DNA from: Tubiluchus corallicola
Lineage: Eukaryota > Animalia > Priapulida
Length of the DNA stretch: 64,000 nt
Assembly: GCA_030141605.1 (NCBI GenBank)
Contig: JAQGDQ010000552.1
Span: forward strand, 1-64,000
Direction: 5' to 3'
The notes beneath the pieces are model-generated. The model worked only from the letters and a program-made list of their open reading frames with translations. It was not told the origin of the DNA and did not search any database. Position numbers and translations under genes: made by a program. Within the stretch, counting starts at the first letter, position 1, and the number at the start of each line of letters is the position of its first letter. This document shows positions 42,421 to 56,130 of the stretch, in pieces.

Positions 42421-43435
42421 CGTGTTGTCCATTTACACATAGACAAAGCCGCGTGCGCCTAGAGGATGCACCGTCTAAATCTATGCATTTACACTTACTG
42501 TCACCTGCTGCCATCTATATAATAAAAAGTAAATTACATCCCAATGATATCACTATAGTCTTCTACGCGCGAGTCTTGTACACTTTCGAATTCAACACAA
42601 AAATGTGCTACACAAGGGGGACTGCCTGATTTTTGTGTTTTTAATGGATTTCGACTAAATTGCCTGTGCCTTACTGTGGTGCTACTCTGCTGATATTAGT
42701 TGTGTAGGCAGATTTGATATCATTAAGGTGTCAGAATATGTTTTATTCTTACTACTGTTTCACTGAAATACGTGAACGTACCGGAGATGCCGCTATGTAA
42801 GCGAAACAGGTTATCTGTATTACGCAATGATCAATGTTATGCTTATTTTCGTGTGACTGAAATTAGTGTTGTTGTTTTTTCATAACAGGTTTTTATGCTC
42901 TAAGTCTGTGAAAAAACTTTTTCTGGATTTTTGGACATGTCGACACTGGGTTTGTTACGTTACACAGCAGGATCAGCTGCACCGTTGTTTTTATCAAGGG
43001 TAAGTTAATCATAGATTTAAATGCTGCGTACGTGTAGAGGCAGGTTTCTAGTTCGCATGTTGCACAGTTCTTCAACAGTGTGTCTCTCAAGGGCTGTGTT
43101 TGCTGTCGAATGCATTTTTTATATTGCACCACATGGTGTTTACTGTTTGCAATACAACACACCTGTTGTAGAACTTACATCTCACTTTTTGCTTGAGTCT
43201 AGCATTCTCTATCTGCGCATAGTGGAATTTAAATGTATGGTAATAAGTTTGTCTTGTCACGAAGAATATTTACATGTGCTGGTATCTTACCCCCCCCCCC
43301 CCCCCATGGTTAAATGCCATTATTGCTATTATTGCATTATTTAACTCCCCCCCCCCCCCCCGTGGTTAAATGCCATTATTGCTATTATTGCATTATTTAA
43401 CTGTGTTTAATTTCATTCGTGATGTTCATAATATC

Positions 43436-45470
43436 ACTCATTCTCAGAGAGAAGTTGCGCAACAAGTTGTCCAACCATTCACACGTTGCAACTTTACTCT
43501 CAGAGAGAAGTTGCGCAACAAGTTGTCCAACCATTCACATGTTGCAACTTTACTCTCAGAGAGAAGTTGCGCAACAAGTTGTCCAACCATTCACATATTA
43601 CAACTTTACTCTCAGAGAGAAGTTGAGCAACAAGTTGTCCAACCATTCACATGTTGCAACTTTACTCTCAGAGAGAAGTTGCGCAGCAAGTTGTCCAACC
43701 ATTCACATATTGCAACTTTACTCTCAGAGAGAAGTTGCGCAACAAGTTGTCCAACCATTCACATGTTACAACTTTACTCTCAGAGAGAAGTTGAGCAACA
43801 AGTTGTCCAACCATTCACATGTTACAACTTTACTCTCAGAGAGAAGTTGCGCAACAAGTTGCCAACCATTCACATATTGCAACTTTACTCTCAGAGAGAA
43901 GTTGCACAACACGTTGCTAAGCCGTTCACACGTTGGAACTTTACTCTCAGAGAGAAGTTGCGCAACAAGTTGTCCAACCATTCACACGTTGCAACTTTAC
44001 TCTCAGAGAGAAGTTGCGCAACAAGTTGTCCAACCATTCACATGTTGCAACTTTACTCTCAGAGAGAAGTTGCGCAACAAGTTGTCCAACCATTCACATG
44101 TTACAACTTTACTCTCAGAGAGAAGTTGAGCAACAAGTTGTCCAACCATTCACATGTTACAACTTTACTCTCAGAGAGAAGTTGCGCAACAAGTTGTCCA
44201 ACCATTCACATATTGCAACTTTACTCTCAGAGAGAAGTTGCACAACACGTTGCTAAGCCGTTCACACGTTGGAACTTTACTCTCAGAGAGAAGTTGCGCA
44301 ACAAGTTGTCCAACCATTCACACGTTGCAACTTTACTCTCAGAGAGAAGTTGCGCAACAAGTTGTCCAACCATTCACATGTTACAACTTTACTCTCAGAG
44401 AGAAGTTGTGCAACAAGTTGTCCAACCATTCACATGTTACAACTTTACTCTCAGAGAGAAGTTGCGCAACAAGTTGTCCAACCATTCACATGTTACAACT
44501 TTACTCTCAGAGAGAAGTTGCGCAACAAGTTGTCCAACCATTCACATGTTACAACTTTACTCTCAGAGAGAAGTTGCGCAACAAGTTGTCCAACCATTCA
44601 CATATTGCAACTTTACTCTCAGAGAGAAGTTGCGCAACAAGTTGTCCAACCATTCACACTTTGCAACTTTACTCTCAGAGAGAAGTTGCGCAACAAGTTG
44701 TCCAACCATTCACATGTTACAACTTTACTCTCAGAGAGAAGTTGCGCAACAAGTTGTCCAACCATTCACATGTTACAACTTTACTCTCAGAGAGAAGTTG
44801 CGCAACAAGTTGTCCAACCATTCACACTTTGCAACTTTACTCTCAGAGAGAAGTTGCGCAACAAGTTGTCCAACCATTCACATGTTACAACTTTACTCTC
44901 AGAGAGAAGTTGCGCAACAAGTTGTCCAACCATTCACATATTGCAACTTTACTCTCAGAGAGAAGTTGCGCAACAAGTTGTCCAACCATTCACATATTGC
45001 AACTTTACTCTCAGAGAGAAGTTGCGCAACAAGTTGTCCAACCATTCACATGTTGCAACTTTACTCTCAGAGAGAAGTTGCGTAACAAGTAGCCAAGCCG
45101 TTCACACTTTGCAACTTTACTCTCAGAGAGAAGTTGCGCAGCAAGTTGTCCAACCGTTCACATGTTGCAACTTTACTCTCAGAGAGAAATTGCGCAACAA
45201 GTAGCCAAGCCGTTCACACTTTGCAACTTTACTCTCAGAGAGAAATTGCGCAACAAGTTTCCAAACTTTTCACATGATATTAACTTTACTCTCAGAGAGA
45301 AGTTGCACAGCAAGTTGTCCAACCATTCACACGTTGCTACTTTACTCTCAGAAAGAAGTTGCACAACACGTTGCTAAGCCGTTCACACGTTGGAACTTTA
45401 CTCTCAGAGAGAAGTTATGCAACAAGTTGCCAGACCATTTACTTTACTCTCAGAAAGAAGTTGTACAACA
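43436..45470. repeat. 56-bp satellite/minisatellite, about 36 units
   Basis: Unit ACTTTACTCTCAGAGAGAAGTTGCGCAACAAGTTGTCCAACCATTCACATGTTGCA; degenerates at the right end. Confidence 0.95.
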
Positions 45471-46487
45471 CGTTGCAAGAGAAGTCTCTGCATCTGAACG
45501 TGCCAGTAGACAGAATGCAATGCATGCCTTCACTAACGACGACTACAGCAGTTTTGCAAGAAGGAATCGCCAGAAACGGAACCTCCAATCAGCTCTTATT
45601 AATTGTATTTTTATTTGTCGTTTTATAGGGTGTAACGCAGAGGCAGACATTGTCAAACACGTCCAGTAAACTCATCTTGAGTCTAGCCCTCCTCATGGCT
45701 TGTGGTGGGATGAGTGTATCAATTTTCAGTGTGAGAAATCTGACGAGTGACAGAGCGCCACCCGTGGAATGACCCGGTCAAATTGTTATACTCTGGATTG
45801 TACGTCGATAATCGTCATATCAGCATTGCAAAATGTACATAAATCTTCATCTTGTACATAATTGTTTTAGATACTCGTGACGCTATTAACTGCAAGTGTT
45901 TTCATAAGTTGGGAAAAAAGTGGCGTTACAGCCAGTTTGACGTTATAACGAGGCGTGTTAAATTTTGTCATAGATGAATCATAAAACAGTCAGACGGATT
46001 AGATTCCTCAATTTCACTCTAAAGGTTTTTGAATTAAAAGAAAAATTATAAAATTAACCATTTGTGAATTAATGACTAACTAGAGATCAGTTTATTGAGC
46101 ATTTTTTGTTTACAGAATAAACACGTCCTGTACTCAGCTACATATATATGACTGTAGGCCAACTGCTCCATTAAGCATGCCTGTATGTAAACAAGGTTAA
46201 ATCATAATTGTTGGGATTTGCTTGAATGATTCTCATAAACAAGCTCGTATCAGCCTTCTTGCTAGTGAAATGAAGCCAGGCGTTTTCTTGTCAGTTTCCG
46301 TTATGACTACGTGCCAGTACTGTGATTAACAACGTAAGGTACAGCTTACAAGCAATCGAAACATGATGACATGTATTCTTTTATACAACACGCGATGTCT
46401 AGCCAGGGTCTACGACTCAGCCCCTGTAGCAGCCTCATGCAGCGAGCAATATATCAAGAAACCGCTGACGTTAATTGAGAGATTTAA

Positions 46488-47107
46488 CCCTTATAGGGTC
46501 ATGATTTTTTACAACCGATTTTGGTAACCGGGGGGTAAAAAATAACCCCACCATAATTCGTAAATTACTTTTGATAAAGCGCCGTGTTTCATTAGTAAAC
46601 AGCAACAGCATAATTTGTGGTTATGCTGACCACCATAGGATACATTATACCTCTGCTTAAAGACATGTGACTTACTAGTAATACGAAATTTAAATTCACT
46701 TAGTTACGTTCCCTTATCTATGCTGGAATAACTGTAGACAACCGACATTGCTAGCGCGTGTGCAAAAATCATTGTTATTTTGAATTTGATCTGATTATCT
46801 TTGCAGTTGTGAGTAGACTAGTTCTACGTCAGCATACAGACGTCTGACATTTTGTTTTATCAGATACATCACCTGTATAATGTATAGACGAGCGAAGTAA
46901 AGTTTTGACAATATTAGAAAATCGACATATTGCATTTTCACTTTTATTTCGTGGTGAGACAATGCGCCTAAAATAAATAACTGAAAGTATTTTGTGCGCA
47001 AAACATATTTAGAAAAAGTCATAGAAAAGGTTTACTGGGATGCTTATGGTAAAATGCAAAAAACCGGAGTGGGAGTAATTTTTTACCCCCAGGTGACCCT
47101 ATAAGGG
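46488..47107. mobile_element. piggyBac-like MITE
   Basis: TTAA TSD, TIR CCCTTATAGGGTCA / TGACCCTATAAGGG, subterminal inverted GGGGTAAAAAATAACCCCA-like repeat. Confidence 0.85.
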
Positions 47108-48285
47108 TTAAGACATCTGGTGGTGTTTGCCCATTGAATGGATATATATATATATTAATTTGCGTGGCGGATGGCGTTACAGCGGGTTATTTTTATATAA
47201 AGGTTAATACAACCGTTTTTGTTCCTGGCCATTTTGCTGGCGCGAAACGAGTTTGGCTGCATAACAAGGTTTGACTGTATGCCATTTTCATGTCGTCTTG
47301 ATTCATTTGTTTCACTGTCTGAAGAATAACTGAACATTACACGTATTTTGATAGCATGTTTGCTGCTAATTGTTTGTGTATAACTTGTTACCAATTTCAC
47401 AAATGACACGGTTACGATAACTTATTTGCCTGAGCTAGTTTCTTGCTCCAGTTACAAGACGAGAGTTAATTTTTAGAACTACGAAGCCACGTTGTAGTAC
47501 TTGACTTGTACATATCGTCCGTCAGTATTCGATGTTTGTTTTTGCATAATTTTTTTGCTAGTATGTCGGCCATTAATTGTTTTACGTGTTGGAGCTCGAG
47601 TACGAGCCAACATTTCAAGTCAGGATTGCCAATGTGGCTAGAATGTAGCAAAAGTGCAGATGTACATAATGCTATATTTATTATATGTTGCCAAATAAAA
47701 TTTTTAACACAATAACATTTCTTCTTATATACATTATTTTGCATTTCATTTGGCGTACTTTCTAAACAAGTTGGCTGACTGAACAAGACCACAGTAATTG
47801 AATTTTACGCTTCATACTTGATCAAAAGCAGCAAAATGTGGAACAATACGTTCAAACGTATGCTTACTCCCGTTTGTCTCACATTTCTTTCATTTTAATC
47901 AGGCTTCCACTTCAAAAATATAATAACTATGCGTCAATTCCGTAATTAATAATAAACCTTATTAATTAAATACTTAACCACGTTGAAATTAGCAAAGGAG
48001 AGATGACACTACACTTAGTATAAAAAGTCTGGTTCGCGGCTTCATAGGAAGGATAATGGTACAATTGTGTTAATGACTTACTGCCACGATTTAGTAAACG
48101 AGGTTAATGCAACACTAGACAACCAAAAGTTGCCTCTGTTTATAAATCCAGTAATAAAAAACCTTGTAGCATTCACTAGAAATCAACTGCAACGTAGTAG
48201 GTATCTAAACACATGCAACCGGTATTTACACAAAGCTTTATAGTTTATGATTTTGAAGAGCAAAAAATGTCATGACCCAACGGTC

Positions 48286-48615
48286 ATGTGTAGAGGAGTA
48301 AACCTTCCAAATAAGGAGTGGAGCCCCGAAGGCGGACCAGTGCAGCATGCTCACTGACTCCGGCAGCTCCAACCTGGTGCCAAACGTATCGCACCGCTTT
48401 CCTTTGGACTACACCAGGGAGGAAGAGAAGGGGTTCCTGTTGTCTGGGGAACTCAGGATCTCCATACACCTTGCCCAGGCGTGCGTCCTGGAGACGTTCA
48501 AGGATCGCACTGCTCAGCCACAGTCGATGCTGCAGCTCCATTAATGTGATCAATAACTGACTCTCTTGACACACACTCCATTGTCTTCCGAGACAGAAGG
48601 ATGCCAACCAAATAA
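48286..48615 (+). mobile_element. 5'-truncated copy of the 5S SINE
   Basis: Colinear with 40470-40800. Confidence 0.8.
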
Positions 48616-48738
48616 CCAATTACAGTAGCACAGTAATTAGTAAAAACAGCTCACAGTTTCTTACATTGTCATGATCAGTTGTACCTCGAAAAATTGGGTA
48701 CTGTTCTTTCTAGTAACCTGAAATTGAGGATGGTCCTC

Positions 48739-51372
48739 TTATGGGACAGATTGCTCGGTTTGACCATCCAGTGGCTGTAATTTGCACACGGGGTCCAACG
48801 TCATGCATTTACAATTGCAGCCTGTCACTGGGCATTCTGCATGTTCACGGAACCAGTCTGTGATGTGATCTGCATGTCCGCCGTGTCGACACGATTGGCA
48901 CCACGTAAACCAGTTTGAGAAGTGACTAGTCTTATTCTCCTTTGCCGCAATCGCCGGAAGCTTCGCGTCTCTGGGTTGAAACTGACTGCCGGACGTAGTC
49001 GTTCCCATGTGCATCAGGCAAAGGGCACACCGTGGAAGCGGCTTTCGACAACCTGGACAACAAGTTATTTTGGATTTGTTAGGGGGAGTCCTGGTAGTGT
49101 ACTGGATGAAGGGTCTCCTCTGACCACGACCCTGAGACGTAGAGGAAATCGGTTTACCACAGAAGTTACAGTTCACGGTTACTTGTTGCGAAGGACGTAC
49201 AGAGTCGCCACGGAACCAGTGAACGTCAAACAGTGCCCTCTGGTGCCACAATTGCCAAACGTCAAGCAAGTCACGATAGCTTTCAATCCATTGCTTGACC
49301 CTTTCGTCCTTCAAGAGTTCTCCGGATGCCTCGGACAGGATGAAGCAGGCTGATTGCACATCTCCGGTCACGTCCACATAATTCTGCAACAAGTCTACTC
49401 CTTCTTTAGTCAACCCTGTGAGTAAGATGCCATCTAGATTGCCCTCTTCGACTGTCTTCGTTATCATTCTTTCTAAATAATCGAGCATCAATATGTCGGA
49501 TAAATACAAGCACGCGATGGCCATTTTATCCTGAAGAGCTATTCCGCTGTTACTCATAACTTCACTATAGTCGCCATCTGCTGTGAGAAAAGCGAACATT
49601 GCTCGTATGTAAGCACTAGATATGTGAGTTCGTAGTGAGCAGCACATATCACGCCACAATGTCTTCTTGTCCTCTGTGAAGCCAGATAACGCCATCGCCA
49701 CAATGTTCAAGTCGGCGTTGCTACCATTCTCGCTGCCCTTGCTGAGAATCTCGATGGCTTTGACAATTTTCAGGTTGAACAGAGCTACAGCGGCTGCCCT
49801 TTCGTAGTGTCCGTCATGCTGCAACCTGTCCAGAAAGTCATTCAGCGATGTGCCATCTTTGTCAAAACCCCAACCGCACAGAAGCAAAGCGGCGTCTCTG
49901 GTCTCGTTGCGATACTGCCGCACTTGCATGTTGGACAACCTTTCAAGACCTGTCCACGGAACGAGTACCAACTCGCTTTTATTCGGGAAGCCGGACAACA
50001 ACAGCTCACCCTTGAGAACGGACTTGACACCTTGCAGTTTATATCCGGATAATTTACAATTGAATTTCAACCTGCTGTCTTCTTTAACACTTTTTACGAG
50101 ATCAAGCCATGACCAAACATTTATCAAACCTATGTCGTTGCCAACCAAACTGGCATTTTCAAACAAATGTTCCGTTTTGAGACCATATCCCACGACTGCC
50201 CTCTGTTTCATCACCGTGGATATGTCGCGTCTCATCGTTGCGTCACTTCCTTCGTCGTAATGGTGCAGCTTCCTGCCACAAGCCCATACAATGTTTGCAC
50301 GCGGCGACCAATTCAACGTTATCCGCTCAAAAACGGTCGTGTCACGCACCGTACCGGACGGCGTGATAGAAAGTAGTCTATTCTCTTTTGTTGGATGCCA
50401 GGAAAATGATACTATAGCGTGTTGACCGTATGGCTGAACCACTCTCTCGATTATAGCTGGCTCAACTTCATCGCCTATCGTAACATGTTGAACATCATAC
50501 AACTTTATAACGGAGCTGTCTCTTGATAATGTCGACAGTAGACCATTGCGAGTGGGACTCCAGCAAACTTTTGTGATCGACCGATTTTCTGTCAGCGTTA
50601 ATACAGGCTTGTCAAAATTCCTCGTGTCCCATATTACGGCTTGCATGTCCACATAGCTAGCGATTCTGTACTCATTAAAAGGATCCACATTAGCACCGTA
50701 CACAGCTTTACTCAATGTCGTGTTCTGCGACCGGCCAGGGTCACGCAAGTCGAATATTTTTATGTGTTTATTATTCATACCCGCTACTAAAGTTCTTGGC
50801 TCATGATTATGCCACGTTATTGACATCACAGTTTCAGACAAACCGAGTTCATACAGTGGCTTACTGATCACATTGCTGGTAACTTCTGCGTTATTCACAA
50901 CAGTGGAGCTGCGTCGTTCCGGAGTCGAATTTTTATCAGCCAGCGATTTCGTGAACACGTCCCAGATAAGAATGCAGTAATCGGACCTGTATTTATCCAT
51001 TCCAGCCGCCAGCAAGTTGGCAGAGCATGGATTCCAAGTCAGCATGTTGCACTGTCGCACGTGTCTGGGGATGAACTCTTTCCCGATGATTTCCTGAGGA
51101 TCCTTGACTCCTGGTGCCAAACTCGTGAGTAAAATACGGCCATTGGCTTGACCGATGGCGATCAGATGGTCCGGCTCAGTGTGCGGATACCAGCCGACGC
51201 ATTTCAAATACTGGCTGTCTGAGTTCTTCGCCAACAGGGTTGCAGCGGTCGTGTGCGATATACGCTGCGTTTGTTGCATGCCTTCCTGCCATGCCTCGAC
51301 TTTGTACAGCGACAAATCTGAGCTGAAGGTGAGGAATTTATCTTCATGATTTGGCGACCAAAGGATTTCCAT
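48739..51372 (-). CDS. MIOS: GATOR2 complex protein MIOS (WD40, solenoid, zinc finger/RING), single coding exon, about 877 aa
   Basis: EILWSP.., AIGQANGRI, LAAGMDKYRSDY, YERAAAVALF, EGNLDGILLTGL, YVDVTGDVQ, CNFC, CCPGCRKPLPRCALC, WFTWCQSCRHGGH..CPVTGCNCKC. First ATG is at 51372 (the ORF track starts at GTG 51378); 5'-UTR acceptor near 51504. Confidence 0.95.
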   Translation of the reverse strand: MEILWSPNHEDKFLTFSSDLSLYKVEAWQEGMQQTQRISHTTAATLLAKNSDSQYLKCVGWYPHTEPDHLIAIGQANGRILLTSLAPGVKDPQEIIGKEFIPRHVRQCNMLTWNPCSANLLAAGMDKYRSDYCILIWDVFTKSLADKNSTPERRSSTVVNNAEVTSNVISKPLYELGLSETVMSITWHNHEPRTLVAGMNNKHIKIFDLRDPGRSQNTTLSKAVYGANVDPFNEYRIASYVDMQAVIWDTRNFDKPVLTLTENRSITKVCWSPTRNGLLSTLSRDSSVIKLYDVQHVTIGDEVEPAIIERVVQPYGQHAIVSFSWHPTKENRLLSITPSGTVRDTTVFERITLNWSPRANIVWACGRKLHHYDEGSDATMRRDISTVMKQRAVVGYGLKTEHLFENASLVGNDIGLINVWSWLDLVKSVKEDSRLKFNCKLSGYKLQGVKSVLKGELLLSGFPNKSELVLVPWTGLERLSNMQVRQYRNETRDAALLLCGWGFDKDGTSLNDFLDRLQHDGHYERAAAVALFNLKIVKAIEILSKGSENGSNADLNIVAMALSGFTEDKKTLWRDMCCSLRTHISSAYIRAMFAFLTADGDYSEVMSNSGIALQDKMAIACLYLSDILMLDYLERMITKTVEEGNLDGILLTGLTKEGVDLLQNYVDVTGDVQSACFILSEASGELLKDERVKQWIESYRDLLDVWQLWHQRALFDVHWFRGDSVRPSQQVTVNCNFCGKPISSTSQGRGQRRPFIQYTTRTPPNKSKITCCPGCRKPLPRCALCLMHMGTTTSGSQFQPRDAKLPAIAAKENKTSHFSNWFTWCQSCRHGGHADHITDWFREHAECPVTGCNCKCMTLDPVCKLQPLDGQTEQSVP

Positions 51373-54300
51373 CTTCACCTGTTGCTGCTAATCACTGCAT
51401 CCCAAAGAGTTGCATAATTAGTAAGACTATTCTACTGTATCCACAACAATGTTCAAGAAGCAATCCGAGTACTACGTGTTTGAATGATCAATCTTCATAA
51501 CTCCTGCAAGATATAAGAATGTATTTTAATCTAGTGATAATAAGCTTTGACAAACGAACAAACTAAAAGTTAATACCCTTCGGTTCGAATGCAACAGCTT
51601 CTAATGTGGATAAGGAGCAGTTTTGTAAAAAAACTTATCTCAGATGCACGAAAAAGCCAACTCCTAGGAATCAATGTTTATTGAGCAACGATCGCTTCGG
51701 CTATTGAAGCCATTATCAAATTATAAATCAAACCAAAAAATGAATAAAAAATTCATTAATGACACAAAGGCGCGAACTGAAACTACAAAACAACAGATTT
51801 GGAAATTAACTTATCAAAACAAACTAGGTTGTAGCGGAAGAAATTGCAGAGGAAAAAAATGTTTCCTAACACATAAGAACCAAAAAAGAACACAAGAGAT
51901 GAACAATTAATCCAAGTCTACAATTCAATTCAATTCAATTTATTTATTATCTCCGTTAGAATGATAAAAATACAGTATCAAGAATACATGCAATATTTTG
52001 AAGCAAAGGAGAAGGGCAGCGAAGAACCCATAGGTTATCAAGTCAGCCACCCTTAAATAGCTATGATTAAATAAACTTAATTATGGCATCGTTATCAATT
52101 TAAATTTGTATTCGGTTGATGTGTGTAATTGGCAATTAAATGATAGGTATCGTAATACTGTAGAACATGTAGTTTAAATAACGAAAGATTTACAATTTTT
52201 AAATACTGTGAATCATGCGAAGCAAACACAATAAAAATAACTTTTAACATAACAGAAAATGCATAATTTGAGCATTAACTAAAAAATCCGGCAAAAAAAC
52301 AGTAGAATGATCAACCAAAGCTGTCGAGAAAAAAAATATAATAGATTAAACCAAGGAAAAATAAGGCAAATATAAATCATACAAAACAAAACAAGAAACA
52401 GAAGCAAATAAGAAAAAACAAAACTGAAATGTTGTAATAATAACATCAATGACCGAATTTGACCATCGAAAAACTATTTCAACTGTAAATCAGACAAAAT
52501 GACATCAAAATATAACAAAAACTTAAACAAAATCTTTAAGTGTCGTAACAATGAAAAAAAATATGTATCATTCATTTGTATCCTGCAATAAGTTGTTTTT
52601 TATAATTTAGAATTAACTTTTTGTAGTTACTTGACTTTAACTGGTCTGATCATGAATTCCACAGCAAATATCCTTGGTGTTTTAAAGAATTCTGGCCTTT
52701 AGATGAGTTAAATCTTTCAATAAAATAAGATTGGGTAGCAGCAAACCTAGTAGAGTGGTGATGCATGTGACATGCTAAAGTATAATAACACTGAATATAC
52801 ATAAGTCTAAAATAATTCCGTTTGTGTCTTTGTATAGTTAATGTAATATTTATCTTTCTTTTTGGTTTCATTTATAGTTTGATAATGGCTTCAGTAGCCG
52901 AAACGATAGTTGCTCATAATTGTTGTCTTTGAAGGTAATAAACTTTAGGTACCATACTGGCCTACCAGGCAGTACTAATAGTATAGTAGTTAACAGTGCG
53001 AAACCAAGCGGAATGTTCGGATAATATGGAAAAAATTAATTTCTGAGAGCTACTGCTACTCTTCGGTAACGTTTTACATAAGATACTAAGCCGAGGTTCT
53101 CAAAAACTGAAACCTACCACAATTACGATAATCGTTTCTGCATTCACGATTCCGGGCATCAGTGACTTTACTATTTGCACTAACTCCTTACAAGACACCT
53201 ATCACATATTTTAACAGTAAAACCTGTCACTTCGCGTCAGGTTTTTGAGTGATATAAATTGTGAAATACACATTAAACAATTCTTTTACTAGAGGTCTAG
53301 AACACGCGACCATGAATCCCAAGATTTCCGCTAAAACGTGACACCTTGCTTTCAGTGCTCTGGTTTTTCTGTCAAATTGTTTTATTTTGTATGCCGCTCT
53401 ACACAATTACAACGAACCCAATAGACAAAACTTTGAGATGTACATAATGGACAAATATACTGCTCACAGTATTATTTACCTTCAATACATCTAGACTAAA
53501 GCACAGAAGGAGGGCAGCAAAAAATTATTATTATACATTAGTAATCTTCTACGATATCCTCTAAAAATGCAAATACATAAACCTCAGGCTATCACCACTC
53601 CAATTTTGTGGCAAATGCATCTCTGGGAGTTTAGTGTAACCTTTTATTCAACTTCAACTCGTAACAGTACACCGGCATACACACACGCACAGAAAGAGAG
53701 AGAGAGAGAAAGAGGGTGAGATAATGAAGATAATGATAAATCAAGAGTCTCAGATAGTGTAATATGCAAATATGGCACATTCACCATGAGTTTGTGCTGC
53801 AAGCTGTCTAACAGGTTCGGAATAAAAATCGTTTTGCTAAAAAACAGGAAAAAATCATGAATACTGCAATAAAATATAGCGACATTTAAGCAACCATAAT
53901 GCATTTATTGTAACGTAACAATTTTGTGGTTTGCAAATGCTAGTGCATATTAACTTTACATGAACGAAATGCATAAAAAGTCAACTTTCAGAATAGTTAA
54001 TCATTAAGCACTCATATGAGCTTTGTTTGCCAGGCAATAATCGATGACTAAGCATATCTTAATTTTACTTCTGGAATAAAAATGGCCTGAGTCTGCAACC
54101 CTCCCTAAGACTTAAAAAGGGCAATCTAAAAATAAGTAAGAAAGTGCAAGTAAGGAATGAAAATGATAATGGAGAAGATAATGAAACAAGCAAATAAAGA
54201 AAATGGCGCCCAGTATTAGTAATAACCTAAAAGAAATTGAGAAACAAACATAGTGTCAATGCTAGGTAAATTTACATAAAAAGAAATACCTCAAAATTTT

Positions 54301-55683
54301 GTTGGACTACTTAAAGCAAAAATAATTATAAAGGAGCATTTAAAAGCAATTGGTGCAACTATCAGTAAAAGCTAAAGAAAAAACAAGATGAAAAATGTGT
54401 TAACAATGTCTGCTATAAAAAAAACTATCTGGCACTCACAGTCTTAATCTAATTAATTAAAGTTGTTTTACAAAAATTACAAAATTTTTATACAAGGTTT
54501 GTCTTATTATTATCCGTATTACCTATTATTATTATTAAGTAAATAATTTGATTATTTATATATTAAGTATTTATTATTAAGTTTATACTGTACAAAGGAA
54601 AGTAAAACAATAATGGCGATGTGATGTTAGTCGCGACGAATCGACGAACTGTCAGTTACGAGACAAGATTGCAGTGTTTGCTTAATCAGACATTGTCCAT
54701 TTTGGGCGTACGCCGACAGTAAAGAAAAATCATTCATTATTTGCAATGTTTTTTATTCTATTGCAACAGCTATCACGTTCTTCATTAAAGGTAAGCCTTT
54801 TGCCATAATATTGCCTTTGTATGTGAAAGTGAACTGCGAATTGTGTTGTGTGGATTTGCCGATTACCGTTACGGAATTCTTGGAACTCACGGAAGCGTGC
54901 TCGCGTTATAATGAAGGGGTAGGCTAGAACTTTGGTTCAGTGAATCTAACTTATAGGCTTGTTTTGCTTTCCTGAGAATCAATGAGCATTACATTATATG
55001 GGGAGAAGGTTAACTTCTTGGCGTGTAGTTATTTTTTAAGCTCAACTTGGCTTTCATCAGTTGCATGAAATATGGATTCGCTACCGCCTGTGTGTTGAAA
55101 GTTGAACTAATGCGTAGTTGGGGATATAGCTGTATTCAATTCAATTCAACTTTATTTTGCCAATTATAGTTTAAAATTCCCCGACAGGTTTTTTCCACCG
55201 GAAAAAGAGAGAGGTCATGCCATTAGAACATTGTGTTCTACATGGTATCTATGAATGTAGCTGGATTTTGCTGCCAGGTCTTATTATAATAGTAAGATAT
55301 GCCTTAAACTGGTTGATGTTTGTTGCTTCAACGACATTAACTGGGAGCTTGTTACACGGAATAGCAAATGAATGAAATAGATGCTGTTATTTTGTCCAAC
55401 TGCCTTTGATATAACAAGTTTGATTAGTTTATGTGAATGCCTTCTGGTCTGCTGTTGTTGTAATGTAGTCATTTATATGTGCTGTTTTGATGCAAACGCA
55501 GCTGTACCTTTGCAGAATCATAAAGGCTTATATCATGTGTAATGTCAGATCCATACAAACAAAAAGATGTAGGAAAATAAACACTTTGTTATTACAATCA
55601 ATAGCTATGTGTAAGTGCAATGTTGTAACAGTAACTGTTACACTGCATAGGCTGCTTTTCTTAGGTAGGTTACTGATCATATA

Positions 55684-56130
55684 CAGGGATGAGAATTTTC
55701 CGCGGAGTTTTTTGAAGACCAGTAGTGCCATTTTTGTAAATCGTGTAAATTTGTTGAGAAAATCTTTACGGACCCAGTACATTATTTCACAAGCTGGCCG
55801 CTAGTTGGTAGGCCGTCACTTTGTTTACATCACGTACATCAGTGTAACCACGTGTAGATCTCTATGTATAAAAATATAGAATCAATCGTGCGGAGTTATT
55901 TCAGTCAATTGCATACAGTTTTTATATACTTTTGCATAGGAGCTGCCAGTACTTAGGCATTTTTGAGACAATTAGGTATCATGTATCCTTGATAGTTGGA
56001 TATTTTGAATTATGCACGAAACAAGGTTAACTGATATTGTAAGTCCACTTAGAGGTTGTCTATGGCCTATGCGGCCCCCAAACCCCCAGCCTGTTTCGGA
56101 GTATTTTGCAATTTGTCATTCTCATCCCTG
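55684..56130. mobile_element. hAT-like MITE, relative of 17558-17924
   Basis: CAGGGATGAGAAT...ATTCTCATCCCTG; TSD imperfect. Confidence 0.75.

Noticed and set aside
43370-45204. 571-aa repeat protein as a real gene
   Set aside because: All three frames give the same repeat because the 56-bp unit lacks stops, and there is no unique domain; not annotated as CDS.
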